NCBI GenBank assembly: GCA_964558375.1
Contig: CAZLCD010000001.1
Location: forward strand, 17,091 to 81,090
Direction of reading: 5' to 3'
Source: an uncultured Candidatus Saccharibacteria bacterium
Lineage (GTDB): Bacteria > Patescibacteriota > Minisyncoccia > Phycocordibacterales > PALSA-1337
Length of the DNA: 64,000 bases
Positions 1 to 10,824 of this stretch are shown here, piece by piece. How positions within the stretch are numbered: position 1 is the stretch's first letter; each line of letters opens with the position of its first letter. The notes under the pieces were generated by a model that worked only from the letters and a program-made list of their open reading frames with translations, was not told where the DNA came from and made no database searches. Position numbers and translations under genes: made by a program.

Positions 1-232
1 TAAATTTCTGAGCATTGGTATCGACATATTCTTTAATATCAATCCCGAGGGCTAGCGCATTTCTTTGAACCTTTATCCCATGCTCATCTGTACCAGTGTT
101 GAAAAACACTTCATAGCCTTGCGACTTTTTGACCCGCGCTATGACATCTGCACGTATAAATTCCAAAGCATGTCCAATATGAGGCTCGGCGTTTGCGTAA
201 GGCAAGGTGGTTGTTATATAGAAGTTCTTCAT
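1..232 (-). CDS. metG: methionine--tRNA ligase, N-terminal part (runs off window)
   Basis: Manual translation MKNFYITTTLPYANAEPHIGHALEFIRADVIAR...FFNTGTDEHG shows the HIGH and GTDEHG motifs. ATGA overlap with the upstream peptidase stop. Confidence 0.95.
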   Translation of the reverse strand, partial: MKNFYITTTLPYANAEPHIGHALEFIRADVIARVKKSQGYEVFFNTGTDEHGIKVQRNALALGIDIKEYVDTNAQKF

Positions 233-1500
233 TTGAAAGTTAGGATCTTTTTAAATTTATTATCATCTTTATATGGACCTATTATAGCCAAGTTTAGCTT
301 TTCATCAACAAAGATCATTTTGGCAATATTCTGTATTTCCTCCGGCGTAACCTTTTCCATCTCCTCTATTTCCTCCATTGGAGTTTTGACTTCCCCTTTC
401 AAAATATTGGCGATAGCCACATACTCTGCTCTAGCGTCTGAAGTCTCAAGTCCCAAGAGAAATCCACCCTTGATAGAATCCTTAACCATTCTCAACTCCC
501 TCTCAGAAATTGGTTCGTCTATTAATTTCTTACACTCATCAATTAAAGTTTTAATAACTTCTTCAATCCTTGAAACATCAACCCCAGCAGAAATAGTAAA
601 TATTCCATGATCTGTGTATGTATCATTGTAAGCATTTACATAGTACCCGACACCCATCTCTTCACGAAGTTTCTGGAAAAGACGCGAGCTCATACCCTTA
701 CCCAGAACAGCTGAGAGCATACTTATCGCGGGGTCGTATTTATTTTTTGCATCAAAGGTTCTTACACCCAAGACAAGATGCGCTTGATCCGTCTCTTTAA
801 ATTTAAGAGAGATCGCTGGCTCGCCTTGAACCTCTTTAATTAAAAGCTTTTTACTTTTCTTTTCTGTAGAAATATTTGAAAAATATTTTGAAACTTTTTC
901 TATAATACTTTTTTCATCAAATGACCCAGAAACAATGACTGTGGTAGCCTCGGTTACATAATGATCCTTTATATAATTTACAAAATTATCTCTTGTAAAG
1001 CTTCTGACAGTCTGTTCATTGCCGGCTATATTCCACCCCGCTGGCTGATCTCCATATACAAGTTCCATAAAAATATTATGGATATTTCGATGTGGCATAT
1101 CTTGATACATTTTTATTTCCTCAACTATCACCCCTTTTTCTTTTTCAATTTCTTTTTCATTTAATAAAGGATTTAAATAAATGTCAGATACGACATCGAG
1201 AGCTGTGTCTATATGCTCTGGACTAACTTTGGCATAGTAGCCTGTGTATTCTTGAGAAGTAAAAGCATTGTACTGAGCTCCTAGAGATTCTAGTTCGCGA
1301 GAGATATCTATGGATTTCGGACGCTTAGATGTACCCTTAAAAACCATATGCTCAAGAAAATGCGAAAGGCCACTCACCTCTTTTGTCTCATATTTTGAAC
1401 CTGTTTCGACAGTTACAAGAACTGTAACAGCGGGATTGTCGACCATTGGGACGGTGATGACCTTGAGGCCATTTGGGAGAATTGTTTGGTGGAATTGCAT
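229..1500 (-). CDS. M16 family (pitrilysin-like) zinc peptidase
   Basis: HFLEHMVFKGT (HxxEH), NAFTS and SSRLFQKLRE motifs. Confidence 0.95.
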   Translation of the reverse strand: MQFHQTILPNGLKVITVPMVDNPAVTVLVTVETGSKYETKEVSGLSHFLEHMVFKGTSKRPKSIDISRELESLGAQYNAFTSQEYTGYYAKVSPEHIDTALDVVSDIYLNPLLNEKEIEKEKGVIVEEIKMYQDMPHRNIHNIFMELVYGDQPAGWNIAGNEQTVRSFTRDNFVNYIKDHYVTEATTVIVSGSFDEKSIIEKVSKYFSNISTEKKSKKLLIKEVQGEPAISLKFKETDQAHLVLGVRTFDAKNKYDPAISMLSAVLGKGMSSRLFQKLREEMGVGYYVNAYNDTYTDHGIFTISAGVDVSRIEEVIKTLIDECKKLIDEPISERELRMVKDSIKGGFLLGLETSDARAEYVAIANILKGEVKTPMEEIEEMEKVTPEEIQNIAKMIFVDEKLNLAIIGPYKDDNKFKKILTFK

Positions 1501-1509
1501 GGGGTTAGG

Positions 1510-2835
1510 TTACAAAATAAACTCTTTTATATAAGATATCAACCCCTCCACCTTTACCCTCTCCTGCTTTCCACTATCCCTATCCCTCACCGTTACTCCT
1601 TCATTTTTTTCAATTGTATCAAAGTCTATTGTCACACAAAGAGGTGTACCTATCTCATCTTGTCTTCGATATCTTTTACCGATGTTTCCATTGTCGTCAA
1701 ACACCACTCCATCTATTTCTTTACGGATCATTTCATAAATCTCGCGAGCCTTCTCTACAAGCAATGGTTTGTTTTTAAGCAAAGGAAAGATAGCAACTTT
1801 AACAGGAGCAATCTTTGGAGAAAGTTTCAAGTAAACTCTTTTCTCGCCATCTATTTCGTCTTCGGTATAAGCATCAGAGAGTACAGCGAGAACAAGGCGA
1901 TCCACACCAAAGGTCGGTTCTATACAGTGAGGGATGAATCTCTCTTTGGTTTCTTCATCAAAATACGAAAGATCTACCTTACTAGCATCTGTATGGGCCT
2001 TGAGGTCAAAGTCTGTTCTATAAGCAAGACCGAGAAGTTCCTTCTGGCCAAAAGGAAAATCAAATTCTGTATCGACACTTCTCTTCGAATAGTGCGCACG
2101 ATCTGTGTCTGGAACTTCGATTTTATGAATTTTGGAAGCAGTCAGACCGATATCTTTTAAGAAAGACATTTGATCTTCATATAAAGCATTGAAAGTTTCA
2201 TCTATTTTTTTGGAATCACGAGGATCGACAAAGTATTCTATTTCCATTTGCTCAAATTCTCTTGTGCGGAAAATAAAATCTCTAGGAGCAATCTCATTGC
2301 GGAAAGCCTTACCGATCTGTGCTAAGCCAAAAGGAAGCTTGGGATGAATACTGTCTATGATATTTTTAAAATTAACAAACATACCCTGCGCAGTTTCCGG
2401 ACGGAGATATGAGACAGAATCTTCACTTTCTGTAGCACCGACAGAAGTTTTGAACATCATATTAAATTGTCGAGCCTCGCCGAGAGCACCTTCACAATCT
2501 GGACATTTCTTGGGATCTTCGAGTTGATCCGCACGGAAGCGATGTTTGCATTTCTTACATTCAACAAGAGGATCAGAGAAGCCACTTACATGACCACTAG
2601 CCTTCCAGACACTTTGATTCATAAGTATAGAAGCGTCTACTCCGTACATATCTGCTCGATCTTTAACGAAACGTTTCCACCACAGTCCCTTTATATTATT
2701 TTTTAAATCCAGACCAAAACAAACATAGTCCCACGTCCCTGCCAACCCACCATATATTTCTGATCCCTGAAAAATAAAACCCCGCCTCTTGCAGAGTGAT
2801 ATTATCTTTTCCATCTTTGTTTCTTCTTTTTGCAT
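1510..2835 (-). CDS. glyQS: glycine--tRNA ligase (alpha2 type)
   Basis: KRRGF, LRPETAQG, FRNEI, REFEQME and IGKRYRRQDEIGTP motifs. Confidence 0.97.
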   Translation of the reverse strand: MQKEETKMEKIISLCKRRGFIFQGSEIYGGLAGTWDYVCFGLDLKNNIKGLWWKRFVKDRADMYGVDASILMNQSVWKASGHVSGFSDPLVECKKCKHRFRADQLEDPKKCPDCEGALGEARQFNMMFKTSVGATESEDSVSYLRPETAQGMFVNFKNIIDSIHPKLPFGLAQIGKAFRNEIAPRDFIFRTREFEQMEIEYFVDPRDSKKIDETFNALYEDQMSFLKDIGLTASKIHKIEVPDTDRAHYSKRSVDTEFDFPFGQKELLGLAYRTDFDLKAHTDASKVDLSYFDEETKERFIPHCIEPTFGVDRLVLAVLSDAYTEDEIDGEKRVYLKLSPKIAPVKVAIFPLLKNKPLLVEKAREIYEMIRKEIDGVVFDDNGNIGKRYRRQDEIGTPLCVTIDFDTIEKNEGVTVRDRDSGKQERVKVEGLISYIKEFIL

Positions 2836-2846
2836 TTAAATTAAAA

Positions 2847-4790
2847 TTATCTCACAACCTTTTCATCTCCATCTTTGAAAGTCGGATCTGAGCCGAACCT
2901 TGTCGTCAATGGATTTAGATTACTACTTAGAGATTGATTTGTAAAATCGTCCTGACCAGTGAGAGTGGCCTGATTAACCAAAACCGGGAATTGACCAACT
3001 TGAGTAACACTTGGAGTAACTGCGACTTGGAAAGAAACCTGATGACGATTGGTAGAATTGTTAAGGGTATAAGTGCCGATATCTCCTACATTCCAAACGA
3101 TAGTTCCATCGAGTTCATTGAAACTAATATTCTCAGTTGAGGGACTAGTCTTGCCCGTCCATTTTACATGAGCAGGAATACTCGCGGTAACTTTTGCATT
3201 ACTAACCGAGCTTGAGGTATTGTCTATAGTCCAAACTATAGTATAAGTAGTCTCTTGCTCGGCTTTCGGCGGAATAGGTCCGGTGTTGGTAAAAGGACCG
3301 GTTGAGCGAATAACCTGTCCACCGATAGAGACATTTGATGAAACCTTTATATATCTTTCAGCACTAGAGGAAATCGTTTCTAATGTATCAGACTCCGAAT
3401 TCCTTTTGCCCACAACCTTTACCAAGATTTTCATATCTGGATTAATAATAAACTTTGAAGAAGAGTTGAGATTGCGAGGAATGATACTGAAGCTCACCCT
3501 GCCACTTCCGCTAGCTGGGATGCTTTTCAAATCTCTAGTGTTGATCTGATTCCAAACAATTTCATTGTCGGCAGATTTGTACAAACCTTGTTCAGGAGAA
3601 ACAGAATTTTTGTCAAAAGAACTACCGGAGAAACCTACATGAACTTCGGCATCGATAATAGGTGTAGGTAAGTTGTTAAAATATTCGATAGCGACCCTTA
3701 GAGAATTGTCAAAAGAAGCCACATATTCTTGACCATCATCATCTCCATTTAGAGATAAGCCGATATTTATAAAAGGCTTTTTGATACTAATCTCTTTTGA
3801 AGAGTTGATGTATTCGGTGCCGATAGCCTTGGTATTGGTGAGACTCTGCGCACCCGCTACAAATCGAAAGATTCGATTTTCATCATCCTGACCATCGATC
3901 TTCCCTCTTATCTTTATCACCTTCTTGCCACCCGGAGGAATGTCGCCGATTTTCCATAGAGAATTTTCATTTAATGGTTTCAAGTCCGAACTAACATAGC
4001 TAAATCCGAAAGGATAGACAGATTTTAATAAAAGATTTTTGATAATCTCCTTCGAATTTGAATTCATAGTTACCGTAAGGTCGAACTCCTGACCAGAATT
4101 AACTTCTTCAATGGAATCCACTGTCAAGGTAAGTGGAGTTGAACCTATAAGCAAATCAAAAGTCTTTTCTTTTTTAAAGATGGAAGTAGAACCTTTAACA
4201 CGATATTCTATAGTAACCTTAATTTCTTTTTTACTATTTTCTTCACCATAGACAATGGCTTGAACAGTTTTTCGACCGACTCCACCAGAAGGAATATCAC
4301 TTATAAGTTCTCTAAAATTTTTTAATTCTTTAGAGCTATCATTTGCCTCAGTTGCCCCAGCTGGGAAATCGACGATCAGGTCGACTGTTTCGAGTTTGAT
4401 ATTATTATAATTTGAAACTTGAATATCGAAGGTCACCGGCTCGCCGCCAGCCACAGATACAGGTCCGTCAATAGTAATGTCTATATTGTTCGCCGAAACG
4501 ATATTTGATCCATTGAAAACCAAGTAGGCACCCGCACTCAAAGCCAGCACAAAAAATATAATCGACCCTATAAGAATTTTTGTAAAAAATGACATGGATG
4601 TATCTTTGTAACGCTGATTAAGTTTAATTTCATCAGGAGTTTCTTCCTTATGTTCCCAGTCACTTTGAATATCTGTACTCTGTTGCTCAAAGCGAAGGCG
4701 CCTTTTGGTGCGAATATTTGGAACATTGGGAGAATAAAGCGATTTTTTTAGCTCTTCAATTCGACTCTTTTCCTCTTGATTCATATGCAC
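2847..4790 (-). CDS. membrane-anchored protein with multiple Ig-like/DUF11-like beta domains
   Basis: Single TM segment at about aa 67-92, then beta-rich repeats (GPIPPKAEQETTYTIVW). Likely start is MNQEEK. Confidence 0.75.
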   Translation of the reverse strand: MHMNQEEKSRIEELKKSLYSPNVPNIRTKRRLRFEQQSTDIQSDWEHKEETPDEIKLNQRYKDTSMSFFTKILIGSIIFFVLALSAGAYLVFNGSNIVSANNIDITIDGPVSVAGGEPVTFDIQVSNYNNIKLETVDLIVDFPAGATEANDSSKELKNFRELISDIPSGGVGRKTVQAIVYGEENSKKEIKVTIEYRVKGSTSIFKKEKTFDLLIGSTPLTLTVDSIEEVNSGQEFDLTVTMNSNSKEIIKNLLLKSVYPFGFSYVSSDLKPLNENSLWKIGDIPPGGKKVIKIRGKIDGQDDENRIFRFVAGAQSLTNTKAIGTEYINSSKEISIKKPFINIGLSLNGDDDGQEYVASFDNSLRVAIEYFNNLPTPIIDAEVHVGFSGSSFDKNSVSPEQGLYKSADNEIVWNQINTRDLKSIPASGSGRVSFSIIPRNLNSSSKFIINPDMKILVKVVGKRNSESDTLETISSSAERYIKVSSNVSIGGQVIRSTGPFTNTGPIPPKAEQETTYTIVWTIDNTSSSVSNAKVTASIPAHVKWTGKTSPSTENISFNELDGTIVWNVGDIGTYTLNNSTNRHQVSFQVAVTPSVTQVGQFPVLVNQATLTGQDDFTNQSLSSNLNPLTTRFGSDPTFKDGDEKVVR

Positions 4791-4808
4791 AATTATAGCA
4801 TACCTCTA

Positions 4809-5378
4809 TTACAAATGACTTGCCTTAAGGGCAGAGTTCACAACTTCGACAATCTTTTTTTTATCCACCTTAAATGATTCAAGTAATTCTTGGTTCAAAA
4901 GATTATTTTCAACATATTTAGAAAAATTTTTGTTTGAAATATATCCAAGGGTATTGAGAATTCTTAGTATAGTCAGACATTCTATAGCTTCATAATTTTC
5001 TTCTTTAATCTCTTCTTTGATCGGGGTCTTATATAATTCCTCTATAATTTCAAATAGCTTTTCGTTTTTTTCTTCGCCATGAAGTAAACGCTTCAATAAT
5101 TTTAAGATTTTTAAATGCAGAATAGTTCCGGAAGTAGAAGTATATGGAAGTTCATGAGCACCCGTCACTCTCCAAACTTCCTTGCCTCGAACCACAGAAA
5201 TATTTGAGAAATTTGCATCCTGCACATGATAGCGAAGTTTGGACTGTGCCAACCTTATCCCCTGCGCCACCGCCCCTATCATCCCAAAGTCTTTTGTGAA
5301 GAGTAACAGAAACTTCCCCGCTTCGCCGTAAGGGCTACTATGAACAATAAACGCTGGGGTGGTGTAGATGTGATGCAT
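4809..5378 (-). CDS. recO: DNA repair protein RecO
   Basis: N-terminal OB fold pattern YGEAGKFLLLFTKDFGMIGAVAQGIR...SKLR. Confidence 0.85.
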   Translation of the reverse strand: MHHIYTTPAFIVHSSPYGEAGKFLLLFTKDFGMIGAVAQGIRLAQSKLRYHVQDANFSNISVVRGKEVWRVTGAHELPYTSTSGTILHLKILKLLKRLLHGEEKNEKLFEIIEELYKTPIKEEIKEENYEAIECLTILRILNTLGYISNKNFSKYVENNLLNQELLESFKVDKKKIVEVVNSALKASHL

Positions 5379-5382
5379 TTAT

Positions 5383-8300
5383 TTACCTCTCGATCTTCAT
5401 TTTAAGAGTAAGATCTCCTAGAGTGATCTGTTCTATATCTAAAGACTTAAACTCAATATCTTTTAATAAAGTTGCTTTTAGAATTGTCTCTTTATTTCTT
5501 AAAATCAAATCTGAATTGTCTTTCGATGAATCGATAGCGAGAACTACTTGATCTTTTATAGTCAAATTGCTCTCCTTCCTCAACTCCTGTATCGCTCTTA
5601 TAAGCTCGCGTACTATTCCCTTTTCTTTCAGATCTGGAGTGATGGTTGTATCCAAGACTACTTCTTCGTTAAGATTTTTATCGAAGACAACTTCTAGAAC
5701 ATTGACCTCGTCTTTTATTAACTCGAGCAAATCAGTAGGGATAGATTTCTTTATTGTAAGTTTTGATAGAGGTTGTCTGACATTGATCTTGGCTTTCATG
5801 CGCGCTTCAAGTCCTAGAGATGCCGTTATGCGCACTTCTCTCATATTTTCCAAAACACTATTATCAAATTTTGAAATCTCTGGCCAAGATTCTAAATGAA
5901 CACTTTCCTTCTCGCCCTTTAAACGAAGATAGATATCTTCTGCGATAAAAGGCATAAAAGGTGCCATCAGTTTTGTAAAATCGATAAGTATTTTTCTTAA
6001 GGTGGAAAGTGCCAAATCTCTATCACTCAAGTCTTCTCCTTTAAAACGATCGCGGGATCGACGCAAATACCAAGTCGAAAGATCGTCGACAAAATCCGCG
6101 ATAGGTCTAGAGGCTTTATCGACTTCGTATTTTGAAAGATTATCAGTGATGTCTTTTGTGATTTCATTGAGCCTTGTCATGATCCATATATCGAGAACAT
6201 GAGTACTTGCTGTATCTTTTTTAACTAATTTCTTTTCTAAAATATCAGGTGCGTACATTTCATAAAATGAAACGATATTGTTGAGACGACCGATATGTTT
6301 TTTGACGACTTCATCTACACCCTTTTCGGAAAAGGCAAAATCTTGACCCTTGACCACGGGCGAAGACATGAGGAAGTATCGAAGTGCATCAGCCCCGTAC
6401 TTATCCACCATAAGCATGAGATTTGGATAATTCTTTTTAGACTTTGACATTTTTTGACCATCTTCCGCTAGAACAAGACCGTTAACCACTACTTGTTTGT
6501 ATGGACTTTTGCCGAACAGCGCCACCCCAAGCACAAGCATGGAGTAGAACCATCCACGAGTCTGATCCAAACCTTCGGCGATAAAGTCTGCAGGATAACC
6601 CTTGGTCTTTCCCAAAATTTTACTAAATGGTCCAGGCTTTGGATTGAAGTCGCATTTGTTAAATGGATAATGTGCTTCACCGAAAGGCATAGAGCCGGAT
6701 TCAAACCAACAGTCAAAAACTTCCGGAACTCTTTGCATTTGATTGCCTTTTTCTGAAATAAGTTCTATGTCATCAATGAAAGGTCTATGAAGATCGATCT
6801 CGTATTTTTCATTGTGAGGTAAAGGATGGAAGTCGAGCTTTCTTGGTTTGGAATTTTTATTGTAATGTTCAGCTGAACCACGCAAAGCTATGGACTGCTT
6901 TTCATCCAAACCTTGCACGACGGTCTCGAGAAGGAAGAGTGGTGTATCGTGAGAGACAATTAGGATATTTTGACCCTTGTAACTTTTTTCCATATCATAG
7001 ATAAAATCCCCTACTCTCTTTTTTATATCAGTATAATTTTCACCTCCTTCAGGTGTCTGTGTAAAACGGTCTTTCTGAGCAAAGGCGTGCATAAAATCAT
7101 TGAAGTTTTTACCATTCCACACTCCAGCATTAAGTTCTGTGAGTCTATTGTCAGTTATTATCTTTGAGGCATCCAAATTAAGCTTCTTTGAAATAATTTC
7201 TGCGGTTTCTTTTGTTCTAATAAAAGGAGAAGTAAAAATTAGATCAATCTTTTTATTAGACAACCACTTGGAAGCATCGCTAGCTTGCTTTTTACCCATC
7301 TCACTAAGATGATGCGGATTGTCGGCTCGTGAACTTATGATTGCTTTTGTATTGTTTTCTGCTTCACCGTGCCTGCATACATAGTAAGTATTTCTAGCAT
7401 GACTATACTTTTTTAGATCATTTATAGAGCCTATCACCTTACACTCTTCAGTCTTGATATCCTTCCACACAGGAAGAGGTGCACCCCAGAAACGTGAACG
7501 GGAAATAGCCCAGTCTCGAGCACCGAGAAGCCAATTGCCGAACCTTCCCTCGCCCACCTCCTTTGGAACCCAGTCGATTTTTTTGTTTTCATTTACAAGC
7601 TTGTCGCGAATCGCTGTGACTTTTACAAACCAAGAAGAAGAAGCGTAGTTTAAAAGCGGAGTGTCGCAACGCCAACAATGCGGATACGAGTGAATAATTT
7701 TTTCTTTAGAGAAAAGGATATTTTTGTGAGCAAGGTATTTTATAATCTCAATATCTGCTTTTTGATGAGTTTCTATTTTATTGGCCTTATCCTCTGCTGT
7801 GTCCTTTGGCTTTACATCTTGCCCTGCAAAGTCTGTAACTTCTTTTTTGAATTTACCATCAGTACCAACATGTTGAATAAATGGCAGATTATTTTTTAAA
7901 GATAATTCATAATCATCAGCACCAAAAGCGGGAGCAATATGCACAATACCAGTCCCAGCATCTGTTGTAACAAAATCTGCTCCATAGATCTTCCATCCAT
8001 TCTGGAGATTTTTTAATTTGGCATCATCTGAATAATAATTAAAAATTGGCTCGTAAGACTGGCCGATGAGATCTTTGCCTTCTATCTCTTCGAGGGTTTT
8101 ATACTCTGTCTTTATAACTGATAGTCTGGATTGAGCAAGAATAAACTTTTCATTATTTATTTCTATCTTTATATATTTGATTGAGGGATTTATAGCCAAA
8201 GCCACATTCCCCGGTAAAGTCCAAGGGGTTGTAGTCCATGCCAAGAAAAAAGTATTCGCCTCGCTATTTTTTTCATCTTTCAATTTAAATTTAACATAGA

Positions 8301-8934
8301 CAGAAATATCTGTAATATCTTTATAACCTTGAGTCACTTCAAAATTGGAAAGTGTCGTTTCGCATCGCGGACAAAGGTTCATAGACTTGAACCCTTCGTA
8401 TATCAAACCTTTTTTATAGAGTTCAGCGAAAGCCCACCACACAGACTCGGTGTAGCTTGCATCCATAGTCCTATAATCATTTTCCATATCCACCCACCTT
8501 CCGAGGCGAGGAATTATCTTTCTCCAATCACTTGCATATTTCATCACACTGCCTTGTGCCATGGCATTGAACTTACCTATACCGTAGTCCACAATATCTT
8601 TTTTCGAGGCCAATTTTAATTCTTTCTCAACGATATTTTCTACAGGCAGACCATGACAATCCCAACCCCAACGACGGCGCACCCTATAGCCTTTCATAGT
8701 TTTGAAACGAGGAATAATGTCTTTGATAGTTCCAGGCACTACATGTCCATAGTGTGGCTCTCCAGTCGCAAAAGGTGGTCCATCATAGAAAACAAAGTCA
8801 CCCTTTGGCGAGCTCTTTTCCAAAGTCTTTTTGAAAATATTGTTCTTTTCCCAAAAGGCCAGTATTTTCTCCTCGGTCTCGGCTACCTTGCTTTTCTCTT
8901 GGGTTTTGTCTGTATTTATCGGTTCATTCTGCAT
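5383..8934 (-). CDS. ileS: isoleucine--tRNA ligase (IleRS2 type) with inserted histidine phosphatase domain
   Basis: FYDGPPFATGEPHYGH, GWDCHGLP, WTTTPWTLP, EGLDQTRGWF and KMSKS motifs. Insert carries RHGE...SPFIRT...VSH. Confidence 0.96.
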   Translation of the reverse strand: MQNEPINTDKTQEKSKVAETEEKILAFWEKNNIFKKTLEKSSPKGDFVFYDGPPFATGEPHYGHVVPGTIKDIIPRFKTMKGYRVRRRWGWDCHGLPVENIVEKELKLASKKDIVDYGIGKFNAMAQGSVMKYASDWRKIIPRLGRWVDMENDYRTMDASYTESVWWAFAELYKKGLIYEGFKSMNLCPRCETTLSNFEVTQGYKDITDISVYVKFKLKDEKNSEANTFFLAWTTTPWTLPGNVALAINPSIKYIKIEINNEKFILAQSRLSVIKTEYKTLEEIEGKDLIGQSYEPIFNYYSDDAKLKNLQNGWKIYGADFVTTDAGTGIVHIAPAFGADDYELSLKNNLPFIQHVGTDGKFKKEVTDFAGQDVKPKDTAEDKANKIETHQKADIEIIKYLAHKNILFSKEKIIHSYPHCWRCDTPLLNYASSSWFVKVTAIRDKLVNENKKIDWVPKEVGEGRFGNWLLGARDWAISRSRFWGAPLPVWKDIKTEECKVIGSINDLKKYSHARNTYYVCRHGEAENNTKAIISSRADNPHHLSEMGKKQASDASKWLSNKKIDLIFTSPFIRTKETAEIISKKLNLDASKIITDNRLTELNAGVWNGKNFNDFMHAFAQKDRFTQTPEGGENYTDIKKRVGDFIYDMEKSYKGQNILIVSHDTPLFLLETVVQGLDEKQSIALRGSAEHYNKNSKPRKLDFHPLPHNEKYEIDLHRPFIDDIELISEKGNQMQRVPEVFDCWFESGSMPFGEAHYPFNKCDFNPKPGPFSKILGKTKGYPADFIAEGLDQTRGWFYSMLVLGVALFGKSPYKQVVVNGLVLAEDGQKMSKSKKNYPNLMLMVDKYGADALRYFLMSSPVVKGQDFAFSEKGVDEVVKKHIGRLNNIVSFYEMYAPDILEKKLVKKDTASTHVLDIWIMTRLNEITKDITDNLSKYEVDKASRPIADFVDDLSTWYLRRSRDRFKGEDLSDRDLALSTLRKILIDFTKLMAPFMPFIAEDIYLRLKGEKESVHLESWPEISKFDNSVLENMREVRITASLGLEARMKAKINVRQPLSKLTIKKSIPTDLLELIKDEVNVLEVVFDKNLNEEVVLDTTITPDLKEKGIVRELIRAIQELRKESNLTIKDQVVLAIDSSKDNSDLILRNKETILKATLLKDIEFKSLDIEQITLGDLTLKMKIER

Positions 8935-9050
8935 AATTACTAGCTATTCTAGCATTTTTCGTACAGGTTTTCTAATTTTCAATTGTCCGATTTTCTCGTA
9001 CACTTCACTTCCTTCATCTTCAACCTGTGACATTTTGCCACGCTTTCACC

Positions 9051-10751
9051 CTACATCCTCCCCGGAACTTTGATTCCTAGTACCCACAAACCATTCTGCA
9101 TTACTTGTGCAAAAACTTTGGTGAGCAGAACTCTGTAGGAAGAAATAGGATCTTCTTCATTAATAATCTGATGATTGGCATAGTAGAAATTGAAAGCGGA
9201 AGAAAGCTCGGTCAAATAGGTCACGATATGACTTGGTGCGTATTCAAGTCTAGCTCTTTCTATAATTTCTGGGAAACGTACTAGAAGCCTTTCGAGAGAG
9301 TCTATCTTTTCTGGTAAAGTTTTGATTTCTTCTGAGATTTTAGAATCTTTTGCTTTGGAGATGACGGTATTGGCACGGACAACGGCATACTGAAGATACG
9401 GACCAGAATCCCCTTCAAAAGATAGAGCTTTGTCTGGATCATATATAATATCTCCACCGATAGATTGACGAAGAATGGTGTATTTTAATCCTGCAATCGC
9501 GACTTCTGTCAGAACTTTATTTTTCTCTATATCGTCAAAATCTCTATCTTTAATTTTATCTTGCACAAGAGTTTCAAATTCTTTGATCAAATCTTCCGCT
9601 GAAACAATATTTCCTTTTCTCGAAGACATCTTACCGCTCTTCGGACGAAGAATGCCATGACTTATATGTTTAGTTTTTGAAGCCATGTTTGTATCGATCT
9701 GTTTTAGTACAGCGAGTATAACTTTAAAATATGCATTCTGTTCATTTGCAGTGATTACGATAGATTCACTAAGGTCTGGATACAATTTAAATTTATTTTC
9801 TGTAAGACCAAGTTCTTTGGCTTCGTATGTAGGCAAGCCTTGAGAATTGATGAACACTCGAGTATGTTCGCCGTATTTCTCTCCAGGAAAGACTATCGCC
9901 CCCTGGCTTTCTTCAAAAACTCCCTTTTTAAGAAATTCTTTCACGATCTTCACGCCATCATCAGCAACCTCGCTTTCAAAGAAAAAGTTGTTGAACTTGG
10001 TTCCGAGTTTCTCGTAAATTTCGTCAAAATATTCAAGACTAAGCTTTCGACCAGCACCATAAACCTTGTTTATTTCTGCGTCAGATTTTTCAAAGATCTT
10101 TTTGTTTATCTCAATAATTTCTTTTTTTGCAATTTCATCGGTTTCGTATTTTTCTGAACCAAGAACATACATATCTCCAAGAAACTTTATAGAAAAGCTT
10201 TTCTGTGCTTTATATTCTTCACTTTTACATACTGCCCAGATAGTCTTTGCCACATGCAGACCTACATCTCCCTGATAGCAAGCACGTATAACTTCAGCTC
10301 CAGAAAATTCTACTATTTTAGAAATGGACTCCCCTATTGTATTCGCCATAAGATGACCAATATGAAAAATCTTAAATGGATTCGGATCAGTGTATTCGAC
10401 CATTATTCTTTTGCCATCATCCAATTTAATCTTTCCAAAATTTTCTAAATCTTTTGATACTTCTATTATCTGATTCGCAAAATATGTATCGGCTATTTTA
10501 AAATTAATAAACCCCGGGCCGGCGATCTCTACCGATTCGACATTCTCTGGAATTTCTTTTTTAAATTCCTCAATGATTTTCTCTGCGAGAACCTTTGGCG
10601 ATACACCAAGAGACTTGGCATGCATCATGGCGATGTTCGAAGAAAAATCTCCATATTTTATATCCTCTGGATGATCCAATTTTATAAATGGATCAGAAAT
10701 ACCAGCCTTTTCTGAGGATTTCTTTAGCTGTTCGGTAATGGTTTTAATCAT
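9051..10751 (-). CDS. argS: arginine--tRNA ligase
   Basis: AGPGFINF, NPFKIFHIGH, KMSSRKG and GDSGPYLQYA motifs. Confidence 0.97.
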   Translation of the reverse strand: MIKTITEQLKKSSEKAGISDPFIKLDHPEDIKYGDFSSNIAMMHAKSLGVSPKVLAEKIIEEFKKEIPENVESVEIAGPGFINFKIADTYFANQIIEVSKDLENFGKIKLDDGKRIMVEYTDPNPFKIFHIGHLMANTIGESISKIVEFSGAEVIRACYQGDVGLHVAKTIWAVCKSEEYKAQKSFSIKFLGDMYVLGSEKYETDEIAKKEIIEINKKIFEKSDAEINKVYGAGRKLSLEYFDEIYEKLGTKFNNFFFESEVADDGVKIVKEFLKKGVFEESQGAIVFPGEKYGEHTRVFINSQGLPTYEAKELGLTENKFKLYPDLSESIVITANEQNAYFKVILAVLKQIDTNMASKTKHISHGILRPKSGKMSSRKGNIVSAEDLIKEFETLVQDKIKDRDFDDIEKNKVLTEVAIAGLKYTILRQSIGGDIIYDPDKALSFEGDSGPYLQYAVVRANTVISKAKDSKISEEIKTLPEKIDSLERLLVRFPEIIERARLEYAPSHIVTYLTELSSAFNFYYANHQIINEEDPISSYRVLLTKVFAQVMQNGLWVLGIKVPGRM

Positions 10752-10824
10752 GTGAATATTCTAGCATTAAAAGACTTTCTTTGGCGAAATTTGACTTTTT
10801 TACAATACATGTTAGCTTATATGA

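Noticed and set aside
2700-2735. GlyRS WDYVCFG instead of the usual WDYGPLG
   Set aside because: A local substitution with all catalytic motifs intact; divergence cannot be distinguished from sequence error.
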